A DNA stretch of 63,989 nucleotides, the filler included, from an uncultured bacterium (lineage in GTDB: Bacteria; Hinthialibacterota; Hinthialibacteria; Hinthialibacterales; Hinthialibacteraceae), in the NCBI GenBank assembly GCA_964449065.1. It is 8 parts of 8 records of this genome, joined end to end, with 100 filler letters (N's around TTAATTAATTAA, not from the genome) between each part and the next. Parts side by side here need not be neighbours in the genome. Positions count along the whole stretch, not along the records: positions 1 to 8,258 come from CAYVAZ010000224.1; positions 8,359 to 16,605 come from CAYVAZ010000225.1; 6 more parts are not named here. The stretch is one strand, 5' to 3'. Numbering within the stretch: position 1 is the stretch's first letter; every line of letters begins with the position of its first letter. Of this stretch, positions 1 through 10,909 are shown in pieces. Under the pieces are notes generated by a model. It was given only the letters and a program-made list of their open reading frames with translations. It was not told the origin of the DNA and did not search any database. The translations under genes were made by a program, and so were the position numbers.

Positions 1-263
1 GGATTTTGGAAGTTTTTTGAATTTGAATGACCAGATTAAGCTGGATGCAAAACCCATAGCAGAACTGTTTATTAAGGAATGTAACCTTAACGAATTTAAC
101 GATTTGATCTTAGAATTTGTAAAAAAAGATGCTCAAGGAAAGCCTATGTATAGGTTTATTTGTCATTATAGTGAACTATTGGGATAAGAATGGAAAGCTA
201 CGGAATATCCAACATAAAAAGATTACCATATAAAAATATAGCCATGAAATCCTCTGGGGCTTT

Positions 264-614
264 TTATTTAACCATTCTAAGGTTCCTGATCCTGGAAGAT
301 TTACGGCTACTATGAATAATCCCCAGGATAACGATCTGTGAGGCCTTGACTGTGTAAATAATGATCCATCTCATGCAGACAGCCTGCCGGTAGATTTTTG
401 TTTTGGTTGGGATCTCCCGGCACTCCCGAAATGACAAAGGATTTTTCTCAATGCGGTCGATGGTCTCGAATATTTTATCACCGACACGAATTGCCGTAAG
501 AGGCTGGTGTTTGATATAAGCGATATAGCCGGTAATATCGTCTATATTCCGGAGCACATTATCGGAAATCCTTATCGAGTAAGCTTCTGGAGTTTTTTCT
601 TTTGAGTGGCCCAT
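264..614 (-). CDS. RelE/ParE-family type II toxin
   Basis: 116 aa with ParE-like pattern (YSIRISDNVLRNIDDITGYI...WIIIYTV...IVILGIIHSSR); overlaps the upstream small gene. Confidence 0.85.
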   Translation of the reverse strand: MGHSKEKTPEAYSIRISDNVLRNIDDITGYIAYIKHQPLTAIRVGDKIFETIDRIEKNPLSFRECREIPTKTKIYRQAVCMRWIIIYTVKASQIVILGIIHSSRKSSRIRNLRMVK

Positions 615-823
615 CGTTGTTTGGCTTCAGAAAGACTTACCGTTGGAGTGTTTTCTGCATACTCGATCCATTTTCTAAAATCTTTCACTGAGACAGGTTC
701 TCCCGGTAGAGAAAAAGAATTTACATCCGGTTCATTGACGATCCTGATCATGTGTTTTTGCTCCAATTCTTGCAGTGCCTTAAGTGAGTTGTTATCTGTA
801 AGTTCTATTGTTACTGTTTGCAT
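572..823 (-). CDS. putative antitoxin of the ParE-like toxin
   Basis: 83 aa, directly upstream of and overlapping the toxin; C-terminal SLSEAKQRW helix typical of such antitoxins. Confidence 0.65.
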   Translation of the reverse strand: MQTVTIELTDNNSLKALQELEQKHMIRIVNEPDVNSFSLPGEPVSVKDFRKWIEYAENTPTVSLSEAKQRWATQKKKLQKLTR

Positions 824-834
824 AAGGTAGTTTT

Positions 835-1173
835 TTACATTGTATAAGCCTGCCTTGCTTTGGCATCCCTTAAAAAAGTATCAATCACAAAGTAAAGCTT
901 TGATTTAGTGTCTGAATCAAGCTTTTCAATATCTTCTAAGCGTTTAATATCATTTTGATTGTACTTTGCAAAAGCACTTTTGCCTAAAAGATAATCCACA
1001 GTTACCCCAAACACATCAGCTATTTTTTGAGCCATCTCAATAGAAGGGGCATTTTCGTTACGTTCGTACTTCCCAATAATATCTCGTGAAGCATTAACCG
1101 CTTTGGCAAGGTCTGCTTGAGACCATTTATTTTGCTTACGCAGCTCTGTTATTTTACTTCCAATGTTTAACAT
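835..1173 (-). CDS. XRE-family HTH transcriptional regulator
   Basis: IGSKITELRKQNKWSQADLAKAV...IGKYER...PSIEMAQKIADVFGVTVDYLLG is an HTH_3 pattern. Confidence 0.9.
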   Translation of the reverse strand: MLNIGSKITELRKQNKWSQADLAKAVNASRDIIGKYERNENAPSIEMAQKIADVFGVTVDYLLGKSAFAKYNQNDIKRLEDIEKLDSDTKSKLYFVIDTFLRDAKARQAYTM

Positions 1174-1230
1174 ATATCACAAAAGTATATCATTTGTTAA
1201 TAATCAATGCAAATATAGTGAATAATGTTC

Positions 1231-2530
1231 ACTAGTGATGCGTTAATTTTTAAAATATTTTATAAAATATATCAATAATTTACAAGCGTTCTTTGATTTT
1301 TTGATTTGATTTGAGAAGTAGCTTTATAGGTTTAAATGTAAAGCTATGAATTCTGGTAAATATGTTTTTTCTCAGTTGCTTCAATTTATTCCAAGGTATG
1401 AATTTGAAAAATATGTATCCCTGTACAAAGGCGATTACAGAACCAGAGAATTAAATTGCTGGAATCAATTTATCCAATTATTCTGTGGTCAATTAACATC
1501 AAGGCATTCTCTTAGAGATATTTGCACATGTTTAAAGGCTCATAGAAACAAATTGTATCATTTAGGCATTAAACAATATGTAAATCAATCTTCGCTTTCA
1601 AGAGCAAATGAACGCAGGGACTATCGAATATTTGAAGACTTTGGCAATTACCTCATTCAACAAGTAAGACCATTGTATTCTAAAGAACCAATTCCTGATG
1701 TTAATATTGACAATGAAGTTTTTGCATTGGATTCAACAACGATATCTTTGAGTATAAAGTTATTTAGTTGGGCTCCTGGCAAATATTCAAGAGGTGCTGT
1801 AAAAATTCATACATTACTTGATTTAAGAGGAAGTATTCCTTCTTATATCTTGATTACAGATGGTAAATATCATGACAGCAATGTTCTTGATATACTAACT
1901 CCGATTGCAGGTGCAATCTATATCTTGGATAAAGTATACATTGATTTTAAAGCTTTATTTCAGTTGCATGAATCAGGTGCTTTCTTTATCTCACGAGCGA
2001 AGAATACGATGGATTATTCGGTGATTGAAAGCAATTTCAATATTGATGAAAGCACAGGATTAAGAAGCGATTCGGTCATTGAACTCAATGGATATAAGTC
2101 AAAACAACTTTATCAAGACCAAATAAGGTTAGTTGAATTTTATGACAACGAAAATGATATAATCCTTTCTTTTGTAACCAATAATTTCGAAGTGTCAGCA
2201 CTTGAAGTTGCAAACTTATACCGGAACAGATGGCAAATTGAGGTGTTTTTAAATGGATAAAACAAAATCTAACCATTAAAACACTTTGGGGACACTCTGA
2301 AAATGCTGTAAACATCCATGTTTGGATTGCAATTTACACTTATCTGATAGTAGCCAAAGTCAAACATAGTTTGAAAAGCAATCTTTCGATTTATGAAATA
2401 TTGCAGATTTTAAGCATCTCTGTTTTTGATAAAACCTCAATTAGAGAGTTACTCACAGAATTTCAAACAAACCAAAATGTCAAAGAACAAAGAAATTTAT
2501 TTAGTGACTAATTTTTAACGCATCAGCAGT
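1231..2530 (+). mobile_element. IS4-family insertion sequence (1300 bp)
   Basis: Terminal IRs ACTAGTGATGCGTTAA (1231) and reverse complement ACTGCTGATGCGTTAA (ending 2530), 14/16 match, enclosing a DDE transposase. Confidence 0.85.
1346..2511 (+). pseudogene. IS4-family transposase (DUF4372 + DDE), frameshifted
   Basis: ALDSTTI and YRNRWQIEVF motifs; one T missing at ~2246-2250; reading continues in the -1 frame (KWIKQNLTIKTLWGHSENAV...) to TAA 2509-2511. Confidence 0.85.
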
Positions 2531-2539
2531 AATATTTTA

Positions 2540-2935
2540 TTGTTAATAGTAAATAGTTGTTTAATCTCTTTTGGGCAAATAGATAATTCAATGTTAAAAA
2601 TGCGCGTTGAGCTAAATGACTATAAAACAACATGCTTAAAAGAAGGATTTAAAGGCTGTCTGTATATTTCTAATATAAGCAATCAGAAACTCAAACTTCC
2701 AAAGCACTTTGACCTTGGATATTATTTATTAGATAATCAATACAATAAGCTTCCATACAGAAAGAATGCAATGTATGAATATGCTTTAAAAATTAATCTT
2801 GATAAAAGATTAATCAAACCAAATGATACCATTAAAGTACATTTCTTTGAATCTCTTGTCCAATTGTTTGACTATGCCCATTGCTCCATCGTTATGTGTA
2901 TAAATGTATCTCATAACGATGTTATTTTCAAATAA
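2540..2935 (+). CDS. hypothetical secreted protein, probably 5'-truncated by the IS
   Basis: In-frame NILLLIVNSCLISFGQ begins immediately at the IS right end and resembles a signal peptide lacking its Met. Confidence 0.4.
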   Translation: MLIVNSCLISFGQIDNSMLKMRVELNDYKTTCLKEGFKGCLYISNISNQKLKLPKHFDLGYYLLDNQYNKLPYRKNAMYEYALKINLDKRLIKPNDTIKVHFFESLVQLFDYAHCSIVMCINVSHNDVIFK

Positions 2936-3162
2936 AACTGGATTATTTTGTAAATAATCAGGAATTTACATGATTTTTAGGCCTGATAACTCGTTAGGTG
3001 TTTCGGGAATGCAGGTGAAATGGAAGCGATAGTTTAAGTGTCTCATTTGTATTGATCATGCAAAGATTAAGGCATGAACTTTTGGAATGGGCTTGTCATC
3101 TGTTTTTCCTGGTGTAATAACTAACTTTTGCTCTGATAATAAATAGGCTAACATTCAATAGA

Positions 3163-3196
3163 AAAGTCCGGCCATCTTTTCAAAGGACCGGACTTT
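3163..3196 (-). terminator. rho-independent terminator
   Basis: AAAGTCCGG...CCGGACTTT hairpin just downstream of the T9SS gene. Confidence 0.7.
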
Positions 3197-3220
3197 CAAA
3201 TGAAAAATGATCAAGAATGC

Positions 3221-4891
3221 TTATTTAATTACAATCATTTTATGAACCTGGTAGAATTTTCCAGCCTTCAGTTGACAAAAATAAAGCCCTTCAGAAAGTT
3301 CACTGCTGTCAAACATAATTTCATGCTGACCGATTGTTTGATTCTCATTGACCAGCGTGGCCACTTCAGATCCAGAAATATTGTATATCTTCATCGTTAC
3401 ATGACTACTGGATGGAAGATCATAACTAATGCGTGTTAGGGAGTGGGATGGATTTGGATAGTTACTCAGGCCAAGTTCGGCTTTAACTCCGCGCTCAATC
3501 ACAGAATTCGGAAAGCCATTCTTCCATGCTTTAACCACATCTTCACCGAACCAGTTCAGGTCTCCGAGCGGGTAACCATCCGTAGCAGCATTCATGAGAG
3601 CTTCGGCTGTGGGTGTAAAATCGAACGGTAACGGCCAGATGAAATCCTTCTGCTCCGCGCCATCAGGACGCCAGGCGATTTCATGGTCCGGAATCGATGG
3701 ATTCATGCGATCTATCCGCTGCGCCCAGGAGGCCTCAAAGGCTCCTTCCGGAATCTCACCCATCTCGAACAGAGGATCATATGAATTATTATCTGCTGTA
3801 TCCTGAGTAAAGTTTGGACTAATGGTCCATCCATTTTCTGCAGCCCTGGTTCTCATCCCCCATGCTAAAAATGGCTGCGTGGTTACATCGTGCGCTTTAT
3901 GCCAGTCCAGTACGCGCGGTTCGTTATATTTCAGGTTGTTTGTAATAATAACAAAACGGTCATCTGATTCCACAGAATCAAGCACGTGAGGGAAGACAGC
4001 ACAATCACCATTAAGAGTGTCTCCCAACTGTCTGTAGCTGACATAGTCACCGTTCCAACGTAATGTATCAGTACCATTGATCCATTCACGCGGACCCACG
4101 TAACCTCTTAAATGTGTATTGAAAAAAATAGAATTTGTTACCTTAAAACCATCCATTTTACTCTTGTGCATAGACTCGGCCCAGGTGTTAACATAGGTGC
4201 AATGATCAGCTTTCTGCCAGCCGGTTGGACCTGTACTGCTGGAAAGATGAATTTTTCCACCAACAAAATAGGTACAGTTATAGGTGTGGTTGGTACAGCT
4301 GTCTCCGCCGTATCCAATTCCGCCCCAGCCATTAAAATTATCCCAGCCAGTGGTGCTAATATTGTAATGGATATTGTCATGCAGGATGAAGTCAAGTCCT
4401 GCAAATCCATCTGTATTAAACCATCTTTGACACCCTTGCAGAATACATCCGAATGCTTCATAGTTGAGACCTCTTTTCGCTGTGTTCACTACACCTTGAA
4501 TCTGTACATTGTCGTAGGTAAAACCTATAAAACCTAAATTTATTAAGGTTAGATCTGCACCTGCCAGAAACAGATAGAAGTTGGCTTCCTCACCGGGATC
4601 CGGAGCGCCTCTTACCACTGCGGGAGGATCGCCTGAACCCTCATACTGGGAATATGCCTCTCCCATGATTACAGTAGGTTGAGTATTCTCGACCGATTCG
4701 CTTACTACATACTCTTTTCCTTTTTGAAGTATCAGTGTATCTCCGGGATTTGCTGCCATTGCCGCCTGGATTGTATTCAATCCGGGGTTAACAATCACGG
4801 ATGATTGAGCAAATAAAACAGCGCTGGTCATCATCAATAAACCAGCTGCCAGCAACATGCTTTTGTTAAATGATTGTAAAACTCTTTTCAT
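3221..4891 (-). CDS. secreted protein with T9SS type A C-terminal sorting domain
   Basis: Signal peptide; C-terminal NYPNP...T.ISYDL...V.MKIYNISGSEVATLV...LSEGLYFCQL...KMIVIK; YPLGDLNWF motif. Confidence 0.85.
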   Translation of the reverse strand: MKRVLQSFNKSMLLAAGLLMMTSAVLFAQSSVIVNPGLNTIQAAMAANPGDTLILQKGKEYVVSESVENTQPTVIMGEAYSQYEGSGDPPAVVRGAPDPGEEANFYLFLAGADLTLINLGFIGFTYDNVQIQGVVNTAKRGLNYEAFGCILQGCQRWFNTDGFAGLDFILHDNIHYNISTTGWDNFNGWGGIGYGGDSCTNHTYNCTYFVGGKIHLSSSTGPTGWQKADHCTYVNTWAESMHKSKMDGFKVTNSIFFNTHLRGYVGPREWINGTDTLRWNGDYVSYRQLGDTLNGDCAVFPHVLDSVESDDRFVIITNNLKYNEPRVLDWHKAHDVTTQPFLAWGMRTRAAENGWTISPNFTQDTADNNSYDPLFEMGEIPEGAFEASWAQRIDRMNPSIPDHEIAWRPDGAEQKDFIWPLPFDFTPTAEALMNAATDGYPLGDLNWFGEDVVKAWKNGFPNSVIERGVKAELGLSNYPNPSHSLTRISYDLPSSSHVTMKIYNISGSEVATLVNENQTIGQHEIMFDSSELSEGLYFCQLKAGKFYQVHKMIVIK

Positions 4892-4994
4892 TTTTATTCG
4901 ATTTTAATTGTTTAAAATAATGTAGATCAATAAGAATAATTACTTTTTGTAGTGTACCACCACACCTCCTTTCTTAGATTATATGATTCATTGA

Positions 4995-7856
4995 TTAAAA
5001 CTTGTATCTGACTCCAATATCACCGGAGACACCATACACCTCTTCTCTCGCAATTTTATCGGGATAGTAGGTCATTATCCTCCGATCCGTATTATTGGTC
5101 ATGTTGTTTATATTCACGTAGAATACCAGTCCTGGTACTTTTTTAAGTTTTTGTGAGAGTTGCATATCCAGTCTCATCAGCGCATCATTATCCTGATCCA
5201 ACGATTTATTATTGGCCTGCGCAGTGGTGATGGTTTTACCCTGATAATAGGCGGAAATTCTTCCCGAAAAACCTCCCAATTCATATCCCAGCGATACATT
5301 GGCGATCATATCGGGCATTCCAATGATGGTGTTCACTCTGCTGTCATGCTTACCTATATTTCTCACATAAGGTGGTTCATCAAGATACTCTTTGTAAAAA
5401 CTATAAAAGGGGTAACGGGTTTCCGATTGCATATAGGTCAGGTTCATGTTCAGCAAAATACCGTTAAAAGGTTTTGGGAGGAACGAAAATTGCGTTTGCC
5501 AGTCAACCTCCAGACCCTGCACATAACCCGGCCATCTGTTATTCAAGGGTTGTATGTATTGCTTACCTTCATAAATCCGATCAAGTCCATACTCTTCCTC
5601 TGCATTGATAATCGTTCTTTCGTAATTCAACACCTGATCGGTCAGCTTCTTGTAGAATGCTCCAATGGTGAACAGCCCTGTCTTGCCGGTGTAAAAGGAG
5701 AGATAAATATCATAATTATAATTGGTTTGTGGTTTCAGCCAGGGATTACCCAAAGACTGTGTAAGTTGTTTATTACGATAATACCTGGGGCTCATCAAAG
5801 TGAAACTTGGACGGGTCAATGTTTTGGTCGCTGCCAGACGAATATCAAACCAATCGGTCGGATGGATCTTCAGATGGATCATCGGGAAGAAATCCTCTCT
5901 GAAGTTACTCGCTGTAGTATCCCCAATTTGACCCTGAATATCATAGGGCCCATAGCCTTCACCCGGAACAAACCATTTGGCGGTAGTACTGTAATCATAT
6001 TTTTCATAACGCACCCCGGGGATGAAGGTGATGACCTCTCCAATGTCAATTCCCGCCATGATATAAGCGGCATAGTTTTGCTGGGAACTGGTATAGTCAT
6101 CTTTGTCCGCAGCCATATTCTCAAACAGCATATCATCGCACACCTCCAAAACATATTCCAGCCTATCAAAGTCAGTCCGAAACCAGCTCTGAGCGCCCAG
6201 AAGGGAGAAATCATGGGCATAGGGTTCCTGTGCAAAAGGTTTAAAACCAAATTCAATATTGGGAGTATATTGCCATCCGAAATCAGGTAGTCTGGCAACA
6301 GCACTATCGCCTAACATCTCGCCGGAGTGTCTGCCGAAACTTGAGCCTTTTTGCCAATTATCATATCCATGGTTAATATCACGCAACTTCCCTCCGAATT
6401 TCAGAAAACCGTCGATTTTATTTCCCAGGCGAAAAGGTACCTCCACATCCAATCTGGTGGCCAACTCCGTTGAATATTGCTCTTTTCGTCCATAGTAGGC
6501 GCTGCTTGCCTGTGTAAAATCTATATCATGAGTAGCGTAACTCATGAATTCATTGATGGTTGTGGAGCTGTCATTACTAACAGCTCCGGCATTATTTCCG
6601 GATGGATTATATACACTTAAAGAGAGGCTTGAAGGCACATCGTCATTAATGCTTGACATAGAAACGTTCCAGTCTACTTTCGCACCCAGAAAGGTGTGCT
6701 CTCCACCAGCGCCATGTAAAAAACTCCTATTAATCCCCTGTGAACGCGATGAGCTGTAATTCGTGGAGGATTGACCATAGCCATTATTATAGGTGACATT
6801 TTCTGAATTGCGCTGACTGAAGAATGCCTGGTAATAGAGCTTTCCATTTTTTAACTGATAATCAGTATAGATAGTGGACCCGAAACGTTGGTTCAGATTT
6901 TCGATATGGTTCAAACCTACGCCAGAAATTTCAATGGGCTTTATATCCTCAGATCCTGTCTCTGAAGCTTTGTAGGTTCTGTAACTAGCTGTTAATATAT
7001 CCCTACCCCGGTTTTTTTGGTCGTAGTTCAGACTCAGCATTACCCCCAACCTGTCATCGAAAAACCGATTACTCATCAGAACCGATATATCGTTCATCTT
7101 GAAAGAATTCGTAAAATTGTTATATCCGGTTCTTATCCAAATGTCTTTTCTGAAGCCAGGTAGCGCCTCCCGCATCTTAAAGTCAACATTGCCGCCCAGT
7201 ACATCCGCATCCTGGTCGGCCATAAATGACTTGCTCAGTTCAATACCCCCGATCATGGAGGGACTGATGGAAACCAATCCGCTACCCAGGCGCATCCCGT
7301 TCACAAATAGGGTGTTGGAAGAGACACCGCGTACCTTGATCTCAACAGCCTCGCCACCACTCCTGATCACCGAAACACCGGGAAGTCTGGCCAATGCTTC
7401 AGCTGCATTGGCGTCGGGAAGTTCCCGGATCTTCTGTTCCGAAACCACATTTTTAATGTTCCTGGCCGCAATTTGTGTATTGATGGCCTTCGCTTGTCCT
7501 CGGACCATGGCGGTAACGACCGCCTCCTCTCCCTGTATGGAAGTTATTGTCAGTCGGAAATCGATGGTGGACACTTCTCCGGCCGATACCTGCACAGTTA
7601 CTGTATGCTCAGAATACCCTATGAAAGTTGCCCTGAGATCATATGTTCCCGGAGTAACCCGGTTAATGGAATAGAACCCTTTGTCATCAGAGATTGAACC
7701 AATGGGTGTTCCTATGATGTGCACATTTGCGTAGCCCATAGGCTTTCCTGACTCATCGTAAATGTAGCCCTGTATCTCACCGTTTACCTGAGCGTTTAAT
7801 GCTGCTGAAATCGTAATCAAAACCAGTGTGAAAATTCCTTTAAGAGTGATATTCAT
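4995..7856 (-). CDS. TonB-dependent receptor
   Basis: Signal peptide, carboxypeptidase-regulatory-like N-domain, plug (LPDANAAEALARLPGVS), barrel motifs (GNPWLKP), C-terminal GVRYKF. Confidence 0.92.
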   Translation of the reverse strand: MNITLKGIFTLVLITISAALNAQVNGEIQGYIYDESGKPMGYANVHIIGTPIGSISDDKGFYSINRVTPGTYDLRATFIGYSEHTVTVQVSAGEVSTIDFRLTITSIQGEEAVVTAMVRGQAKAINTQIAARNIKNVVSEQKIRELPDANAAEALARLPGVSVIRSGGEAVEIKVRGVSSNTLFVNGMRLGSGLVSISPSMIGGIELSKSFMADQDADVLGGNVDFKMREALPGFRKDIWIRTGYNNFTNSFKMNDISVLMSNRFFDDRLGVMLSLNYDQKNRGRDILTASYRTYKASETGSEDIKPIEISGVGLNHIENLNQRFGSTIYTDYQLKNGKLYYQAFFSQRNSENVTYNNGYGQSSTNYSSSRSQGINRSFLHGAGGEHTFLGAKVDWNVSMSSINDDVPSSLSLSVYNPSGNNAGAVSNDSSTTINEFMSYATHDIDFTQASSAYYGRKEQYSTELATRLDVEVPFRLGNKIDGFLKFGGKLRDINHGYDNWQKGSSFGRHSGEMLGDSAVARLPDFGWQYTPNIEFGFKPFAQEPYAHDFSLLGAQSWFRTDFDRLEYVLEVCDDMLFENMAADKDDYTSSQQNYAAYIMAGIDIGEVITFIPGVRYEKYDYSTTAKWFVPGEGYGPYDIQGQIGDTTASNFREDFFPMIHLKIHPTDWFDIRLAATKTLTRPSFTLMSPRYYRNKQLTQSLGNPWLKPQTNYNYDIYLSFYTGKTGLFTIGAFYKKLTDQVLNYERTIINAEEEYGLDRIYEGKQYIQPLNNRWPGYVQGLEVDWQTQFSFLPKPFNGILLNMNLTYMQSETRYPFYSFYKEYLDEPPYVRNIGKHDSRVNTIIGMPDMIANVSLGYELGGFSGRISAYYQGKTITTAQANNKSLDQDNDALMRLDMQLSQKLKKVPGLVFYVNINNMTNNTDRRIMTYYPDKIAREEVYGVSGDIGVRYKF

Positions 7857-8258
7857 TGAATGATATATTTTAAAAATTCAAATTTTATGAATTTGAGTTA
7901 AAATTTCATTGATTCTAATAATACCGTGGTAATTTGAGAGATTGTTATCAACTGTCAGCCTTCGCAGTATCTTCAATTAGCAGTCTATGCAGTTTTATTT
8001 GCCTGGGTAAATATTGTTAATTTGCCTGGTATTTCAACACTCAACTTCAAGATTTAAAGAAGAATTAAAAAGCTAAAATTTATTTAAAATTGAAGCTCTT
8101 GGATTTAAGGAAATAGTGATATTAAGGTAAGCTGGAATTAACAGTCTGCTATTGTAAAATTTGATTTATTTAATATTTGGCCCATTCTTACCGGATTAAT
8201 TGTTTTCCTGACTTGTCCACTTTAGTGCGGTAATTTCAGAGATTTGAGGTATCCTAAA

Positions 8259-8358
8259 NNNNNNNNNNNNNNNNNNNNNNNNNNNNNNNNNNNNNNNNNN
8301 NNTTAATTAATTAANNNNNNNNNNNNNNNNNNNNNNNNNNNNNNNNNNNNNNNNNNNN
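8259..8358. other. artificial contig spacer
   Basis: N44-TTAATTAATTAA-N44; also at 16606-16705, 24932-25031, 33216-33315, 41497-41596, 49763-49862, 58017-58116. Confidence 0.98.
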
Positions 8359-8386
8359 AAGCGGACATTCCATATTTCTTTTGGTA

Positions 8387-9730
8387 TTATACATCTTCGG
8401 GCAATTCAGAGTCTTTGGTTTCCGGCGCCCAAATCAGCGCAACGATCCCCAATAAGAATATGGAACACATAATAACACCCGCCCAGCGGAATGATTCTTC
8501 AATACCGGATGACAGCAGATAACTATTCATCATCATGAGCATTGGAGGAAAACCGGCCGCTAAATAGCGTACTGTGTTGTAGCAGAAACCGACCCCGGTT
8601 CCGCGCAAGCGGGTGGGGAACAGTTCCGGGAAATAGATGGAGAATCCCCCAAATACCGAGAGTTGAGCAAAGCCCATTAACGGAAGCATCCAAAGCGCGT
8701 CCATACCGGAATTCAAGTTCAAGAAAACAAACGCAGTTGTGATAATGCATAAAATATACGCGAAGAAGAAAGCAATCCGCCTTCCAATATAGGTTGCGAC
8801 AAAGGTGAAACACATCATGCCAAAAAAGGCCCCAACATCCTGCATGGCGGTACCGTAGCCGCGGAAGGTATCAATCACTTCCTGCGATTCGCCTTCGAGC
8901 GCGGTTGAGATGAGTTCCGGCGAGAAGAAGCCGATGCCCCACAAGCCTGCCATGCCGGACAGCCCTAAACATACACCGACCAGGGTGTTGCGGCGCCAAG
9001 TGGGATGTTTAAACAAGTCCGGGATGGAGCCTACATGTTTTGAAGCGCCGATACCGCCTTCGTCGATTTTTTTCTTGGCTTCCTTCCACGCTTCCGGCTC
9101 CCGTAACACAAAGATAATGGGAATAACCAATATGGCGGGAACAATCCCCACAAAAAAGATGATGCGCCATCCGGCCATGCCGAACATGGATTCGGCCTGT
9201 CCCGGTTGTATTTCGGTGCTGATGAGAGAGCCGATAATATTCCCCATCGCGGAGAGCGCTTGTAAGGAGCCTAAAGCCATCGAACGGAAGTTGCTCGGTA
9301 CGCTTTCAGCAACCAAGGTTGTGGCGGCGCCAAACATTCCGCCGACACCAAGTCCAACCAAGAAACGGTAGAATAAGAAGTCGTAAATGCCTTGGGAAAT
9401 GCCGGACAAACCGGTAAACCCCGAATAAATGAGCAAGGTGATCACCATGGTTTTCACCCGGCCCAATTTATCGCTCATCATTCCAAACACGATGCCGCCG
9501 GTGGCCCATCCGAACATCATCATGGTGGTGGCCCACCCCCCGATATTTTTGATGGTATCACTGGTCGTGCCGGCGCCCATCAATTCTTTGATGGCCGGTT
9601 CGCGGGCGAGAACAAAGATGCGTTGATCCATGCAGTCAAACAGCCAGCCGCTGGCGGCAATCAATACCACCACCCAATGATAATACGTAACCCCTTCCAA
9701 CACACTCTTCCTTGGCAGAATTTGATTCAC
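8387..9730 (-). CDS. MFS transporter
   Basis: ~12 TM segments; GMMSDKLGRVK motif A; ELFPTRLRGTG. Confidence 0.92.
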   Translation of the reverse strand: MNQILPRKSVLEGVTYYHWVVVLIAASGWLFDCMDQRIFVLAREPAIKELMGAGTTSDTIKNIGGWATTMMMFGWATGGIVFGMMSDKLGRVKTMVITLLIYSGFTGLSGISQGIYDFLFYRFLVGLGVGGMFGAATTLVAESVPSNFRSMALGSLQALSAMGNIIGSLISTEIQPGQAESMFGMAGWRIIFFVGIVPAILVIPIIFVLREPEAWKEAKKKIDEGGIGASKHVGSIPDLFKHPTWRRNTLVGVCLGLSGMAGLWGIGFFSPELISTALEGESQEVIDTFRGYGTAMQDVGAFFGMMCFTFVATYIGRRIAFFFAYILCIITTAFVFLNLNSGMDALWMLPLMGFAQLSVFGGFSIYFPELFPTRLRGTGVGFCYNTVRYLAAGFPPMLMMMNSYLLSSGIEESFRWAGVIMCSIFLLGIVALIWAPETKDSELPEDV

Positions 9731-9932
9731 GATACTTTTCTCCTATTGCCTGATTTTAAAGTTATATCCTACAGGCAGCCTGTTGATACCAAACCATTCT
9801 GACGAATGCATGTATCGACTGTCAAGCACAGCAAACGCAACGGAAGAAAATCCCTAAGAAGCAGTTGGGTCACATGAAATCACGCATGGTTTTGTGTATA
9901 CTGTCTGGAATTCGTCTAAGGAATGTGTACGC

Positions 9933-10745
9933 ATGAGCGAAATCAAGCAAAATAAAGAACATTATTTGGAAATTCAATTTCAGCGTATCGCGGATGCGCT
10001 GGTTTACGTTGCCCGACTGTGGTTTTTGTTTCAATCCGCCATGTTTTATGCGTTTATCATGCCGTTTCGCAATTTCCGCATCATCCGGCGGGAGGCGACT
10101 TCCAATATGATGTTGGAAACGGGCTTTAATTCGCTGCCGATTTTGTTGTTAATCAACTTTTTGGTCGGTGTGATTCTTGCCATGCAAAGCGCGTATCAAT
10201 TAAAAGCATTCGGCATGTCGGAATTGGTCTCCGGATTGGTGGCAGTGACGATTTGCCGGGAAATCGGGCCATTAATTACCGCGATTGTGATCTCGGCGCG
10301 GGTGGGGGCGGCCATCACGGCTGAATTGGGCACAATGGTAATCGGCGAAGAAATCATGGCGCTGCAGACCATGGCGCTTCGTCCGGTCCCGTTTTTGGTG
10401 GTGCCGCGGCTCATTGCTTTAACACTCATGATGCCGTGTGTGGTGATCATCGCGGATTTTGTCGGCATGTTTGGCGGCTTTGTCATCGGTGTGTTTAATT
10501 TGGATATGGCTGCGATGCAGTATGTGAATGGGACGGTAAATACGCTCAAGTTGATGGATGTGTATTCCGGACTGGCAAAGAGTGTCGCGTTTGGGATTGT
10601 GATTGCCATCGTATCCTGCCATGAAGGCTTGTCGGTCAAGGGCGGTGCCGGCGGAGTGGGAATCGCGACGACGCGCTCGGTTGTGCTTTCGATATTGCTG
10701 ATCGTCGTAACCGATTTAATTTTTACAGCGGTTTTCTTTTTTTAA
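9933..10745 (+). CDS. mlaE: MlaE-family ABC transporter permease
   Basis: REIGPLITAIVISARVGAAITAELGTM...EEIMAL, LVVPR, GVGIATTRSVV. Confidence 0.9.
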   Translation: MSEIKQNKEHYLEIQFQRIADALVYVARLWFLFQSAMFYAFIMPFRNFRIIRREATSNMMLETGFNSLPILLLINFLVGVILAMQSAYQLKAFGMSELVSGLVAVTICREIGPLITAIVISARVGAAITAELGTMVIGEEIMALQTMALRPVPFLVVPRLIALTLMMPCVVIIADFVGMFGGFVIGVFNLDMAAMQYVNGTVNTLKLMDVYSGLAKSVAFGIVIAIVSCHEGLSVKGGAGGVGIATTRSVVLSILLIVVTDLIFTAVFFF

Positions 10746-10757
10746 ATTAAATCCAAC

Positions 10758-10871
10758 TAGCGCATTTCAGAGTTGGATAGACAGAATCTGTCGTTGTTCC
10801 CCTCCTTATTAAGGAGGGTGGAGGAGATCAAAGGCGATCTCTTTCTATCTACGCAAACCTGAGTTGCTCTA
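10758..10871 (+). repeat. MITE-like element family A
   Basis: Ends TAGCGCATTTCAG...CTGAGTTGCTCTA; central CCTTATTAAGG hairpin; close copy at 16159-16273. Confidence 0.8.
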
Positions 10872-10909
10872 TCCTTCGATTATATGCGAATAAATCACGG
10901 AGACTTCAA

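Noticed and set aside
5160..6290. 376-aa ORF antisense to the TonB receptor (likewise 61478-62239, 60317-61006 and others)
   Set aside because: Shadow ORFs opposite well-supported genes, with no recognisable motifs
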